Positions 10,657 through 18,280 of a DNA stretch of 64,000 nucleotides are shown here, piece after piece. Numbering within the stretch: position 1 is the stretch's first letter; every line of letters starts with the position of its first letter. Where the stretch lies: IMG/VR virus record IMGVR_UViG_3300043448_001007, positions 10,281-74,280 of that record. One strand, written 5' to 3'. The DNA is from a virus. Made by a program: the position numbers and the translations under genes. The notes beneath the pieces were generated by a model, which was given only the letters and a program-made list of their open reading frames with translations, did no database searches and had not been told where the DNA came from.

Positions 10657-11259
10657 CTACTTTTTATTTTGCATCATTTTGTTAATCATATCGTTTATAT
10701 CTTTACCAGTCATTGCCACACCACCATCATCAGACTTAGATTCGGATTCAACCGATTTAGGAGCTACTTCACTCATATCATTTTTAAAATCTTTATAATA
10801 CTTTTCTAAATCATTTCTTTGAGACGCTGCATATTTTGAGTTTTCACGAATTTGAGATATGGTTTGATTTATTACCTCATGCATTCTAGCTGAATTATCA
10901 CCATTATCAACTTGTCTTAGTTGTGATAGAAAATTCTTTCGAGTCATCTTTTGTAAAAATAAAGTCTCAGCATATACCATTGCATCCTCATGCATTTTAT
11001 TCTTTAAATATGGGTGTTCTTTTATCCCCGGATACTCACCCAAATATAAATCCGATAAAGATTCAATTACATCACTACCTCTTTGCTTAGCTACCTCTAA
11101 ATCCGATTCATAATCATATACTTCCAAACTACCTAAATCTGGTAAATCTTCCATTCTAGCTAAATGCATCGATATATCAAAATCACTTGTACTACCTTCT
11201 TGAATCATATCAAATTCATCTTTTAAACGAGTGGATTCTTTTTCTTTTTTAGTGCTCAT
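10657..11259 (-). CDS. terS: Probable terminase small subunit (T4 gp16-like)
   Basis: 'SARMHEVI' resembles the gp16 'PRxYEV' motif; helical protein; divergent from terL. Confidence 0.55.
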   Translation of the reverse strand: MSTKKEKESTRLKDEFDMIQEGSTSDFDISMHLARMEDLPDLGSLEVYDYESDLEVAKQRGSDVIESLSDLYLGEYPGIKEHPYLKNKMHEDAMVYAETLFLQKMTRKNFLSQLRQVDNGDNSARMHEVINQTISQIRENSKYAASQRNDLEKYYKDFKNDMSEVAPKSVESESKSDDGGVAMTGKDINDMINKMMQNKK

Positions 11260-11341
11260 ATATACACGTATTTTTATTTGTATATATTAAACTTTAAAAG
11301 TGGAAAAAATTCACTTTTTAGAATAAATATATACTATAATT

Positions 11342-11506
11342 ATGGCAAGAAAAAAAGGTAAATTAAAAGAAAAGGTTGGTTTTTCAATCGATAAAGAAAT
11401 CAACGAATTGTTGGAACAATACTGCCAAGATAACATGGTTAATAAGTCTAAACTAATTAATCATTTAATAAAATCTTTCTTAGTTATACAGGAGGAAAAA
11501 GTGTAA
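11342..11506 (+). CDS. Ribbon-helix-helix DNA-binding protein (54 aa; not in ORF track)
   Basis: MARKKGKLKEKVGFSIDKEINELLEQYCQDNMVNKSKLINHLIKSFLVIQEEKV; its stop overlaps the terL start (TAATG). Confidence 0.75.
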   Translation: MARKKGKLKEKVGFSIDKEINELLEQYCQDNMVNKSKLINHLIKSFLVIQEEKV

Positions 11507-12009
11507 TGGCTACTAAACAAATAATATGGACAACTAAAGCAATTGACGAAGTTAATGAGCAAATAAATATGGGGTTTTATCCTAAAGGTGATATGAATCC
11601 ATTTTTTGAAGGAACTCCTGGGTTTAGAAAACCCGGATTGGCTTTTAAAATGACACAGAATGAATTAGAAGAATACATTAAATGTAAAATGGATATTCAC
11701 TACTTTTCTGAAAATTATTGCTATGTTAAAGGTGATCAAGGTGAACCAATTAAATTAAAACTTAGAGACTATCAGAAAGAAGTTCTGGATAACTTTTTTA
11801 ATAACCGTTTTAATATACTAATGGCCAGCAGGCAAGTTGGTAAATGCCTGGGTTTCAATGAGTTAGTAGAAATAGAGGTTGGTGATAATATTGTTTTTAT
11901 TAAAATAGGTAAATTATATTATGATACACTTAAAGAAATAAAGGGACTTACATTATTACAAAGAGTTAAGATATTTTTATACGATTTTCTTTCTAAATTG
12001 GAAAATTAG
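11506..12009 (+). CDS. terL: Terminase large subunit, N-terminal part fused to split-intein N fragment
   Basis: LRDYQ adenine-binding motif; Walker A SRQVGK followed directly by the intein start CLGFNELVEI. Confidence 0.9.
   Translation: MATKQIIWTTKAIDEVNEQINMGFYPKGDMNPFFEGTPGFRKPGLAFKMTQNELEEYIKCKMDIHYFSENYCYVKGDQGEPIKLKLRDYQKEVLDNFFNNRFNILMASRQVGKCLGFNELVEIEVGDNIVFIKIGKLYYDTLKEIKGLTLLQRVKIFLYDFLSKLEN
11845..12009 (+). mobile_element. Split intein N fragment (54 aa)
   Basis: Cys1 after SRQVGK; block A-like CLxxxxxVEI...IKIGKLY. Confidence 0.85.
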
Positions 12010-12091
12010 CTTTCTTACTTAACAGGAAGCCAGATAATTTTAATATATGGGAGTCTGACTATAGAAAGAACCCAGAAAAAATAACCAAATT

Positions 12092-12538
12092 ATGTTTAAA
12101 TTTCTTACAAATATAACAATATATTTAATTCGTAGATTAATTGAGATAGTTGAATACTTTGAGTATTTCAATCGAGATCTTGATGAAGATGATATTCATA
12201 AAAAGGTGATAAATGTTATATCAACTAGAATTAAAGTTAAATCTGATACTGGTTTTGTTAATGCTAGTGAAATAAATCTAACTCAACCATTTACTCATTA
12301 TTTATTGATATTAGATAATGGATATCAATTAAGAGCAGCTGATCATCATTTAGTTTTTGACTCTAATTACTCAACTATCAGAGTTTGTGATTTAAATAAA
12401 GGTGATGAAATATGGACTGATCAAGGTTTAGTTAAAGTGAAAAGTGTTAAGAAATTAAACTTTAAAAGTTCAATGTTTGATTTGTCAATTGATGATTCAA
12501 ATATGAGATACTATACTAATGGTATTTTATCACATAAT
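12092..12538 (+). mobile_element. Split intein C fragment (149 aa)
   Basis: Block B AADHH, block F MFDLSI, block G SHN followed by +1 Thr. Confidence 0.88.
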
Positions 12539-14293
12539 ACTGTTTGTTCATCTATAATGATTTTACATTTTGTTTTATTTAATAATAATAAGAACTGTTT
12601 AGTTACGGCTAATAAATTAGATACGGCGGTTGAGGTTTTGGATAAAATGAAAGAGATTTACCAAAGGCTTCCATTCTTTTTACAGCAGGGGATTTTAAAC
12701 TGGAATCAAAAATTTATGGTTTTTGAAAATAAGAGTAGAATTAAAGGATTTGCTACAACTAAGACAGCTTCTATTGGTCAAACAGCTGACTTTTTATATT
12801 TGGATGAGTTTGCTTATTTACCGGACAATATAGCAGATAAATTTTATAAATCGGTTTTCCCAACTGTATCAAATATTGATAACTCAAAGATTATTATCAC
12901 ATCAACCCCAAATGGAATTAATTTATTTCATAAATTGTTGATTGAGGCTGAGAAGCCGGAAGGTGAGAAATCATCATATATTGCTAAAAGAGTTTATTGG
13001 TGGCAGGTTCCGAAAAGATTTGTTTCATATATTAGATTAAGTAAAGATAAATGTTTGAGTTATGGTATAAATCCGGAAGATGTTTTGAAACACTATCAAG
13101 AAAAGTTTCCAGATACTAAAAGTGAGTTATATTATAATGATGAGTTAAAAAAATGGGTGGTTAATGTTTTCAATAATGAAAGTTGTTCAGAAGATGATGT
13201 TATTCGGGAAGAAATAAAGGGTGCTAAAATACCGGAGATTGCGGAAATAACAACTTGGAAAAAGGAAACAATTAAAGATATTGGTGGTGAAGAAGCTTTT
13301 AACCAAGAATATGATTTGAGGTTTATAAATTCATCTAGAAGTTTATTGAGTGAGGGATTGATTGATCAATTAACTAAAGGTAAAGATCCATATGAATGGG
13401 AACCAATAGATGAATTAGATAATCGAATTAAGTTTTCATATTTAGATTTAAAATGGAATCAAAATCCGGATATTTATAATCCATTAGATAGAAAAAATAT
13501 GAAAGTTGTATTTTCAGTAGATACTGCTGAGGGTTTAGGTCAGGATTATTCAATAATTAATATTTTTAAATTAGTTCCTAAACCAATTACTTTAATGGAG
13601 ATGCAGAAAAAGAATTATAAATCAATTGTAGATTGTTTTCAATTGGTTCAGATTGGTATGTATAGATCAAACCTTGTTTCTGTTCAACAATTATCCGAGA
13701 TTTTATATGTTTTAGCTTTTGAATACTTCGATCCTGAAAATGTTAAGATTGTTTTGGAGATAAATGCTTATGGACATGAATTATTGGCACATTTACCAAA
13801 TTTATTTGATGGTAATAATGATTACGGTTCTTTTATCTTTTTCAAATATAAACATCGAGCTGATGCAATAGAAGAGAAGATTGGATTAAAAGTTGGTGAT
13901 AATAAAAATCTATTAGTTAAAGACTATCAAGATAGAATGCATGAAAATTCTGTTATTATTAACAATAATGATAATATAAATGAAATAACAACATTTATTA
14001 AACATATAACATCGGCTGGTAATGTTACTTATTCCGCTGATGGTTCAGCTCATGATGACACTGTTATGACTGTTGTTAACTTGTGTTCAGTCTTTGGGAA
14101 AAAGGATTTTAAGCAAATCTGTGATGAGTTTTTACCTTTGATTAAAGATACAGAAGTAAAAAATTATATTAATCAGTTAATAAATAATGGTGAATATGTT
14201 GAAGGTTTAAATTACTCACAACTTTTGAATATTCGTCGCCAGAATTTAAACCATCAAAAGATGATGAATAATATGAATAAGGGAAAGTTTTAA
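12092..14293 (+). CDS. terL: Split-intein C fragment fused to terminase large subunit C-terminal part (gp17-like)
   Basis: Intein ends YYTNGILSHN/T; then Walker B LYLDEFA, ITSTPNG, nuclease motifs SVDTAEGLGQDYS and HDDTVM. Confidence 0.92.
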   Translation: MFKFLTNITIYLIRRLIEIVEYFEYFNRDLDEDDIHKKVINVISTRIKVKSDTGFVNASEINLTQPFTHYLLILDNGYQLRAADHHLVFDSNYSTIRVCDLNKGDEIWTDQGLVKVKSVKKLNFKSSMFDLSIDDSNMRYYTNGILSHNTVCSSIMILHFVLFNNNKNCLVTANKLDTAVEVLDKMKEIYQRLPFFLQQGILNWNQKFMVFENKSRIKGFATTKTASIGQTADFLYLDEFAYLPDNIADKFYKSVFPTVSNIDNSKIIITSTPNGINLFHKLLIEAEKPEGEKSSYIAKRVYWWQVPKRFVSYIRLSKDKCLSYGINPEDVLKHYQEKFPDTKSELYYNDELKKWVVNVFNNESCSEDDVIREEIKGAKIPEIAEITTWKKETIKDIGGEEAFNQEYDLRFINSSRSLLSEGLIDQLTKGKDPYEWEPIDELDNRIKFSYLDLKWNQNPDIYNPLDRKNMKVVFSVDTAEGLGQDYSIINIFKLVPKPITLMEMQKKNYKSIVDCFQLVQIGMYRSNLVSVQQLSEILYVLAFEYFDPENVKIVLEINAYGHELLAHLPNLFDGNNDYGSFIFFKYKHRADAIEEKIGLKVGDNKNLLVKDYQDRMHENSVIINNNDNINEITTFIKHITSAGNVTYSADGSAHDDTVMTVVNLCSVFGKKDFKQICDEFLPLIKDTEVKNYINQLINNGEYVEGLNYSQLLNIRRQNLNHQKMMNNMNKGKF

Positions 14294-14400
14294 AGCTTTC
14301 CTCCAAATATAATTTGAAATATATTCCCTATACAAAATCCAATTAATAGAGAAAATATAGAAAAGCAAGCTAATTGTGTAAATGTGTAGAGTGTTTCCAT
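14290..14400 (-). CDS. 36-aa membrane peptide translationally coupled to clpS (not in ORF track)
   Basis: METLYTFTQLACFSIFSLLIGFCIGNIFQIIFGGKL; TAATG overlap with the clpS stop. Confidence 0.5.
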   Translation of the reverse strand: METLYTFTQLACFSIFSLLIGFCIGNIFQIIFGGKL

Positions 14401-14678
14401 TAGTTCTTTTCCATTTTAACAGACAGACCAGCAGATTTAAGTTGTTCTTTCATTTTTTCAATTTCCTCTTTTGATCCATACTTAACATCACATTTACCTT
14501 TATAATGTACTATCATAGCACAATTTTCGGCCTGGGTAGATTCATGACCACATATTTTTATCAGACAGGTGATTACCCAATCAAATGTATTGTAATCATC
14601 ATTGCAGAGAATCAATACATATGGTTGTGAGATAATTTCTTCAACTTGTGTTTTTTCTAATGTTTTTGGTTGTATCAT
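14400..14678 (-). CDS. clpS: ATP-dependent Clp protease adaptor ClpS
   Basis: LCNDDYNTFDWVI, A..CAMIVHYKGKC.VK.G; the NTFD.VI/QAE.C form resembles Bacteroidota ClpS. Confidence 0.9.
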   Translation of the reverse strand: MIQPKTLEKTQVEEIISQPYVLILCNDDYNTFDWVITCLIKICGHESTQAENCAMIVHYKGKCDVKYGSKEEIEKMKEQLKSAGLSVKMEKN

Positions 14679-14770
14679 AATATTTATATATTAAATTTTT
14701 TAAGGAAGTTTTATTTTTTGATATATATAAAAACAAATTTACGTTTTTAAAAAAATAAAAACAAATTTTT

Positions 14771-15181
14771 ATGAAAATAGATTTAAAATCAATTGTGATA
14801 ATAATACTAACAGTAGCCTTGTTGGGTATGTTAGGTAATTTCTTTTTGGGTGGAAGTAACCATAAGAAGGAAATTAAAGAATTGGAAAAAAGAAATCGAG
14901 AAATCGAAGCTCAAAAAAAGCTAATTGATCAAGATCTTAGAAAACTTCAAGATGATTATATTCTAAAAGAAAATAGATTGAAGGAGTTAGAAGAATCTGA
15001 AAAAATATTACAAGAAAAATTACGAGAAAAAGATATTGAAATTAAAAAAGCGAATGATAATTTGAGTCATCTTAAAGGCGAATTAAATAAAACAAGAGCA
15101 AAAATACAAGAATTGGAAAAGAATCCAAATTATAAAAACGGTGATAATTTATTAAATTCTCTCCGAGAAAAAACAAAATAA
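14771..15181 (+). CDS. Membrane-anchored coiled-coil protein (spanin-like?)
   Basis: N-terminal TM helix followed by heptad repeats. Confidence 0.5.
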   Translation: MKIDLKSIVIIILTVALLGMLGNFFLGGSNHKKEIKELEKRNREIEAQKKLIDQDLRKLQDDYILKENRLKELEESEKILQEKLREKDIEIKKANDNLSHLKGELNKTRAKIQELEKNPNYKNGDNLLNSLREKTK

Positions 15182-15185
15182 TTTT

Positions 15186-15695
15186 ATGAAAAAGATTATA
15201 TTAATAATGACTATAATACTATCTAGTTTAGTATTAAAAGCTCAAACCGATACCCTTAATTTACCAAAATATTATATAGTTGATAATGATACAATTGGTG
15301 TTATTATGTCAATTGAACAATGTCAAAGATTGGATCATAATACAGAACTCTTAGAACTTTATCGTAAGATGTCAATCGACTGTGATAATGTTGAAAAAAG
15401 TTATATTATTGTTATTAATAAGTTGGGTGATAAAATAGCTATATTGGAGGTAGATATTAAGAATTTAAAAAATCAAAATGATCTTCAAAGGGATATGATT
15501 GGTAATCTACAAAATCAGATAGAGGATTATAAGAAAAAAGATCAACTTAATAATCAAGAACTATCTAATAAAGATCAGATAATAAGTGGACTAAAGAGTG
15601 ATCTTAGAAAACAAAAGATGAAAACAGCCCTCGGTTTTGGTGGAACTGTTTTAGCAACTGTTGGATTTGTGGTTTTATTAATTGTAGGTCATTAG
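15186..15695 (+). CDS. Signal-peptide coiled-coil protein with C-terminal TM (lysis/spanin-like?)
   Basis: MKKIILIM...LKA|Q signal peptide, coiled coil, C-terminal hydrophobic helix. Confidence 0.5.
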   Translation: MKKIILIMTIILSSLVLKAQTDTLNLPKYYIVDNDTIGVIMSIEQCQRLDHNTELLELYRKMSIDCDNVEKSYIIVINKLGDKIAILEVDIKNLKNQNDLQRDMIGNLQNQIEDYKKKDQLNNQELSNKDQIISGLKSDLRKQKMKTALGFGGTVLATVGFVVLLIVGH

Positions 15696-15802
15696 TTAAA
15701 TACTAATACTACTTTTCCACAACCTCTACAAATCTGATAACTGCCACTAGCAGACTCTATTAGAACATATTCACAATAATGATTATTTAAACTAATTTTC
15801 AT
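15692..15802 (-). CDS. 36-aa zinc-ribbon-like microprotein (not in ORF track)
   Basis: MKISLNNHYCEYVLIESASGSYQICRGCGKVVLVFN (HxC...CxxCG); TATATA-type promoter on the minus strand near 15818-15826. Confidence 0.45.
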   Translation of the reverse strand: MKISLNNHYCEYVLIESASGSYQICRGCGKVVLVFN

Positions 15803-15887
15803 AAAAACTTTTTTAATTATATATAATTAAAAAAATATAAAAAAGTGAGTTTTTGAACTTAATATATAATAAAAAATATTCCATAAA

Positions 15888-16463
15888 ATGAAACATATTA
15901 AAACATTTGAAAAATATCAAAATAGAAAAAGAAGAGATGAAATTATAAAGGAATCAGTTCTTCAAGTTAATGATATTTATAAAGTTAGAACTATGGTTGA
16001 TATTCCACAATCTTTAATCAATTCATACGTGAAAAAAGTAAAAGATACAACTGGTAAAAATTTAAGACAATTTTTCGGAGATGTTGATATTGCAGAAGAA
16101 ATTGTTAAGTATATTAACTTAGAGTTTTTAAATGTTGATAAGATCCCATCTGGTTTTTTAACAGGTGATGCTCAAGGTCAAGGACAAGGACAATCTCAAG
16201 TTCAGGGTCAAGGACAAGAAGCTCAAGTTCAACCTCAAGTTCAGGATCAAGGTCAAGTTCAAGTTCAAACAGATGCACAATCACAAGTCCAAGACGATTT
16301 TGAGGAAGTTCAAGGTCAAGGTCAATCTCAAGGTCAAGGTCAATCACAAGTTCAGGGTCAAGGTCAATCACAAGTTCAAGGTCAAGGTCAATCTCAGGAA
16401 GAAGATGAAGAAGAATCAACTGAGGAGCTTCCAGAAGAAGGTGAAACAGAAGATGAAATATAA
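15888..16463 (+). CDS. Protein with 'MKHIKTFE' N-terminus and Gln/Gly-rich, acidic tail
   Basis: GQGQSQVQ repeats; late promoter at 15860-15868. Confidence 0.8.
   Translation: MKHIKTFEKYQNRKRRDEIIKESVLQVNDIYKVRTMVDIPQSLINSYVKKVKDTTGKNLRQFFGDVDIAEEIVKYINLEFLNVDKIPSGFLTGDAQGQGQGQSQVQGQGQEAQVQPQVQDQGQVQVQTDAQSQVQDDFEEVQGQGQSQGQGQSQVQGQGQSQVQGQGQSQEEDEEESTEELPEEGETEDEI
16170..16397 (+). repeat. Coding low-complexity CAAGGT/CAAGTT (Gln-Gly/Gln-Val) repeats
   Basis: Imperfect 24-bp units, e.g. CAAGGTCAATCACAAGTTCAGGGT. Confidence 0.8.
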
Positions 16464-16466
16464 TTT

Positions 16467-16493
16467 AAAAACCCAGTTTAGACTGGGTTTTTT
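16467..16493. terminator. Bidirectional terminator
   Basis: AAAAACCCAGT-TTAG-ACTGGGTTTTT. Confidence 0.85.
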
Positions 16494-16497
16494 ATTT

Positions 16498-17343
16498 TTA
16501 TAATTTAAATTTAAAGTTTTCAAAAGATTTAATAATATTTGATGTTTTTAATATTATATTCTTTTCTATTATTTTTTGACTCTTATTAGGAGTAACTTCC
16601 CTAACACATAATCTTTTCTCCACATCTCTTACTTTATCTTTAATTACTTTGGATATATCATTGGAATTGACTAAAAATTTTTCCAAAACTTCATTTATTT
16701 TATGTGATAAGTTTATCGGTTTATAATCATTATCATAATAGTAAATAGTATCAAATTCAGATATCTCTTCATTGGTAAATTGATTACCAGTTGTTTTATA
16801 ACCAATTAAATGTTGTAATAATATTTTAACCTTCAAGTATGAAATTTCATCATCTTGTCTATTATAGAAAGTTTCACTTAAATAATAAACATCTGATATT
16901 TGGAGACCAATTTCTTGGATTTTCTCATCTAATTTTTTAAGGATCTTTTCATATCCATTTTCTTTGTTTTTAGAGGCAATTAAATATATTTTATCATCAG
17001 TATTAATTATACTTTGGAAAGGATCCATGTCTATTTCAAAATGTGATTCTGATATCCTTTCCGAATCCATAAATTCTTGCATAGATATTGAAAGATTGCT
17101 GATATCTAATTTATTTTTCCGACAAATTGTTTTTAGTTTATTCATAAAGATTTCTGGTAAATAGAATATACTACCATTAAAATTTAATTTATTTCCTTGA
17201 CTTTTATAAATTCCGGATTTATATAAATTAAACTCATGAATTTCTATCTTGATAAGTGGATTTTTTGGATTATCTTTTGAAACAATCCAAGCTTTTTGAT
17301 CGGATACTAAAATAGTATCTATGTCTATAAAATGAGCATTCAT
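16498..17343 (-). CDS. Hypothetical, possibly HAD-fold protein
   Basis: N-terminal FIDIDT (DxD) and later YYYDND; C-terminus ends IIKSFENF. Confidence 0.4.
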   Translation of the reverse strand: MNAHFIDIDTILVSDQKAWIVSKDNPKNPLIKIEIHEFNLYKSGIYKSQGNKLNFNGSIFYLPEIFMNKLKTICRKNKLDISNLSISMQEFMDSERISESHFEIDMDPFQSIINTDDKIYLIASKNKENGYEKILKKLDEKIQEIGLQISDVYYLSETFYNRQDDEISYLKVKILLQHLIGYKTTGNQFTNEEISEFDTIYYYDNDYKPINLSHKINEVLEKFLVNSNDISKVIKDKVRDVEKRLCVREVTPNKSQKIIEKNIILKTSNIIKSFENFKFKL

Positions 17344-17382
17344 ATAATCTATATATTAAAAATAATTTTTTACTTTTAATAA

Positions 17383-17407
17383 AAAAAGGACGTTAAACGT
17401 CCTTTTT
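17383..17407. terminator. Terminator
   Basis: AAAAAGGACGTTAAACGTCCTTTTT. Confidence 0.8.
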
Positions 17408-17410
17408 ACT

Positions 17411-17857
17411 TTATGCTATATTTTTTGATAATGCAAAGTTATATAATATTGGTAGATTTAGATTTCTTAAAAATCCCTCTCTAATATCACCGAATGTTTT
17501 TGCGAATTTTACAATCTCAATTATGGACCAACCAAACTCTTCCTGAAAATCAAAAAGGCAATCATGCCAATATTTTTTATAGTTATTTGATTCTTCCCAC
17601 TCCATCTTCCCACCAGTTAACCAATATAAACACTTTTTGGGATCAATTTCTTCTAAATTGATATCTTTTATTTCCAAATCCCATATTGGGTCATTCTTTT
17701 TAACACTTTTTAATAATATTGATATAGCTTCTGGTAAATCATATGTAATTTCTGATCCTATTTCAAATAAATATTTATTATCTTCATAATTTATTTTTAT
17801 TGTATCTGAAAAAAGAATATTAAATTCTCTCTTAGTTTCTACTTTTTTTCTTTTCAT
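17411..17857 (-). CDS. Hypothetical protein
   Basis: 148-aa ORF. Confidence 0.7.
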   Translation of the reverse strand: MKRKKVETKREFNILFSDTIKINYEDNKYLFEIGSEITYDLPEAISILLKSVKKNDPIWDLEIKDINLEEIDPKKCLYWLTGGKMEWEESNNYKKYWHDCLFDFQEEFGWSIIEIVKFAKTFGDIREGFLRNLNLPILYNFALSKNIA

Positions 17858-17880
17858 ACAATAATTAATTATTTTTTATT

Positions 17881-18159
17881 TCAAGAAGATATTTTACCAG
17901 TCCCATTGAACTGACCATCTTCCCAAATACCATTAATAAAATTTCCATAAAAATTTCCATTTCTGAAAATTCCAAAAATCCATTGACCAGATAAAAAAAT
18001 CCCATTGTGCCAAATTAGAGTATTATTTTTTATTTCAATTTCAGCATCTTCAATTTCAGCATCAATTAACCAAAAAAATTTTAAATCTCTAAGTATTTTT
18101 TCTATTTGATGTTGGGTAGTATATTTAGTATTATTAAAAATTAGAGATCTATACTTCAT
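17881..18159 (-). CDS. Small protein with (W/F)xxGx pentapeptide repeats
   Basis: WHNGIFLSGQWIFGIFRNGNF...INGIWEDG. Confidence 0.65.
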   Translation of the reverse strand: MKYRSLIFNNTKYTTQHQIEKILRDLKFFWLIDAEIEDAEIEIKNNTLIWHNGIFLSGQWIFGIFRNGNFYGNFINGIWEDGQFNGTGKISS

Positions 18160-18280
18160 AAATAATTAAATCATTTGTAGTATATATTCTTTTTTAATTA
18201 TAATATTTTAACAAGACTGGATTTTTTAAGTTTTTTTGAGAAATTAAATTTAATATATAGAATAAATATAATTGTAATAT

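Noticed and set aside
12007-12091. TAG-to-Gln recoding or readthrough joining the terL halves (as in Lak-type phages)
   Set aside because: Readthrough hits TAA at 12082-12084 and the second half is in another frame. Long genes are intact under code 11, and the TAG at 40527 is followed by further stops.
16114-16503. ORFs 16114..16419 (minus) and 16165..16503 (plus)
   Set aside because: Shadow frames of the Gln/Gly repeat in 15888..16463.
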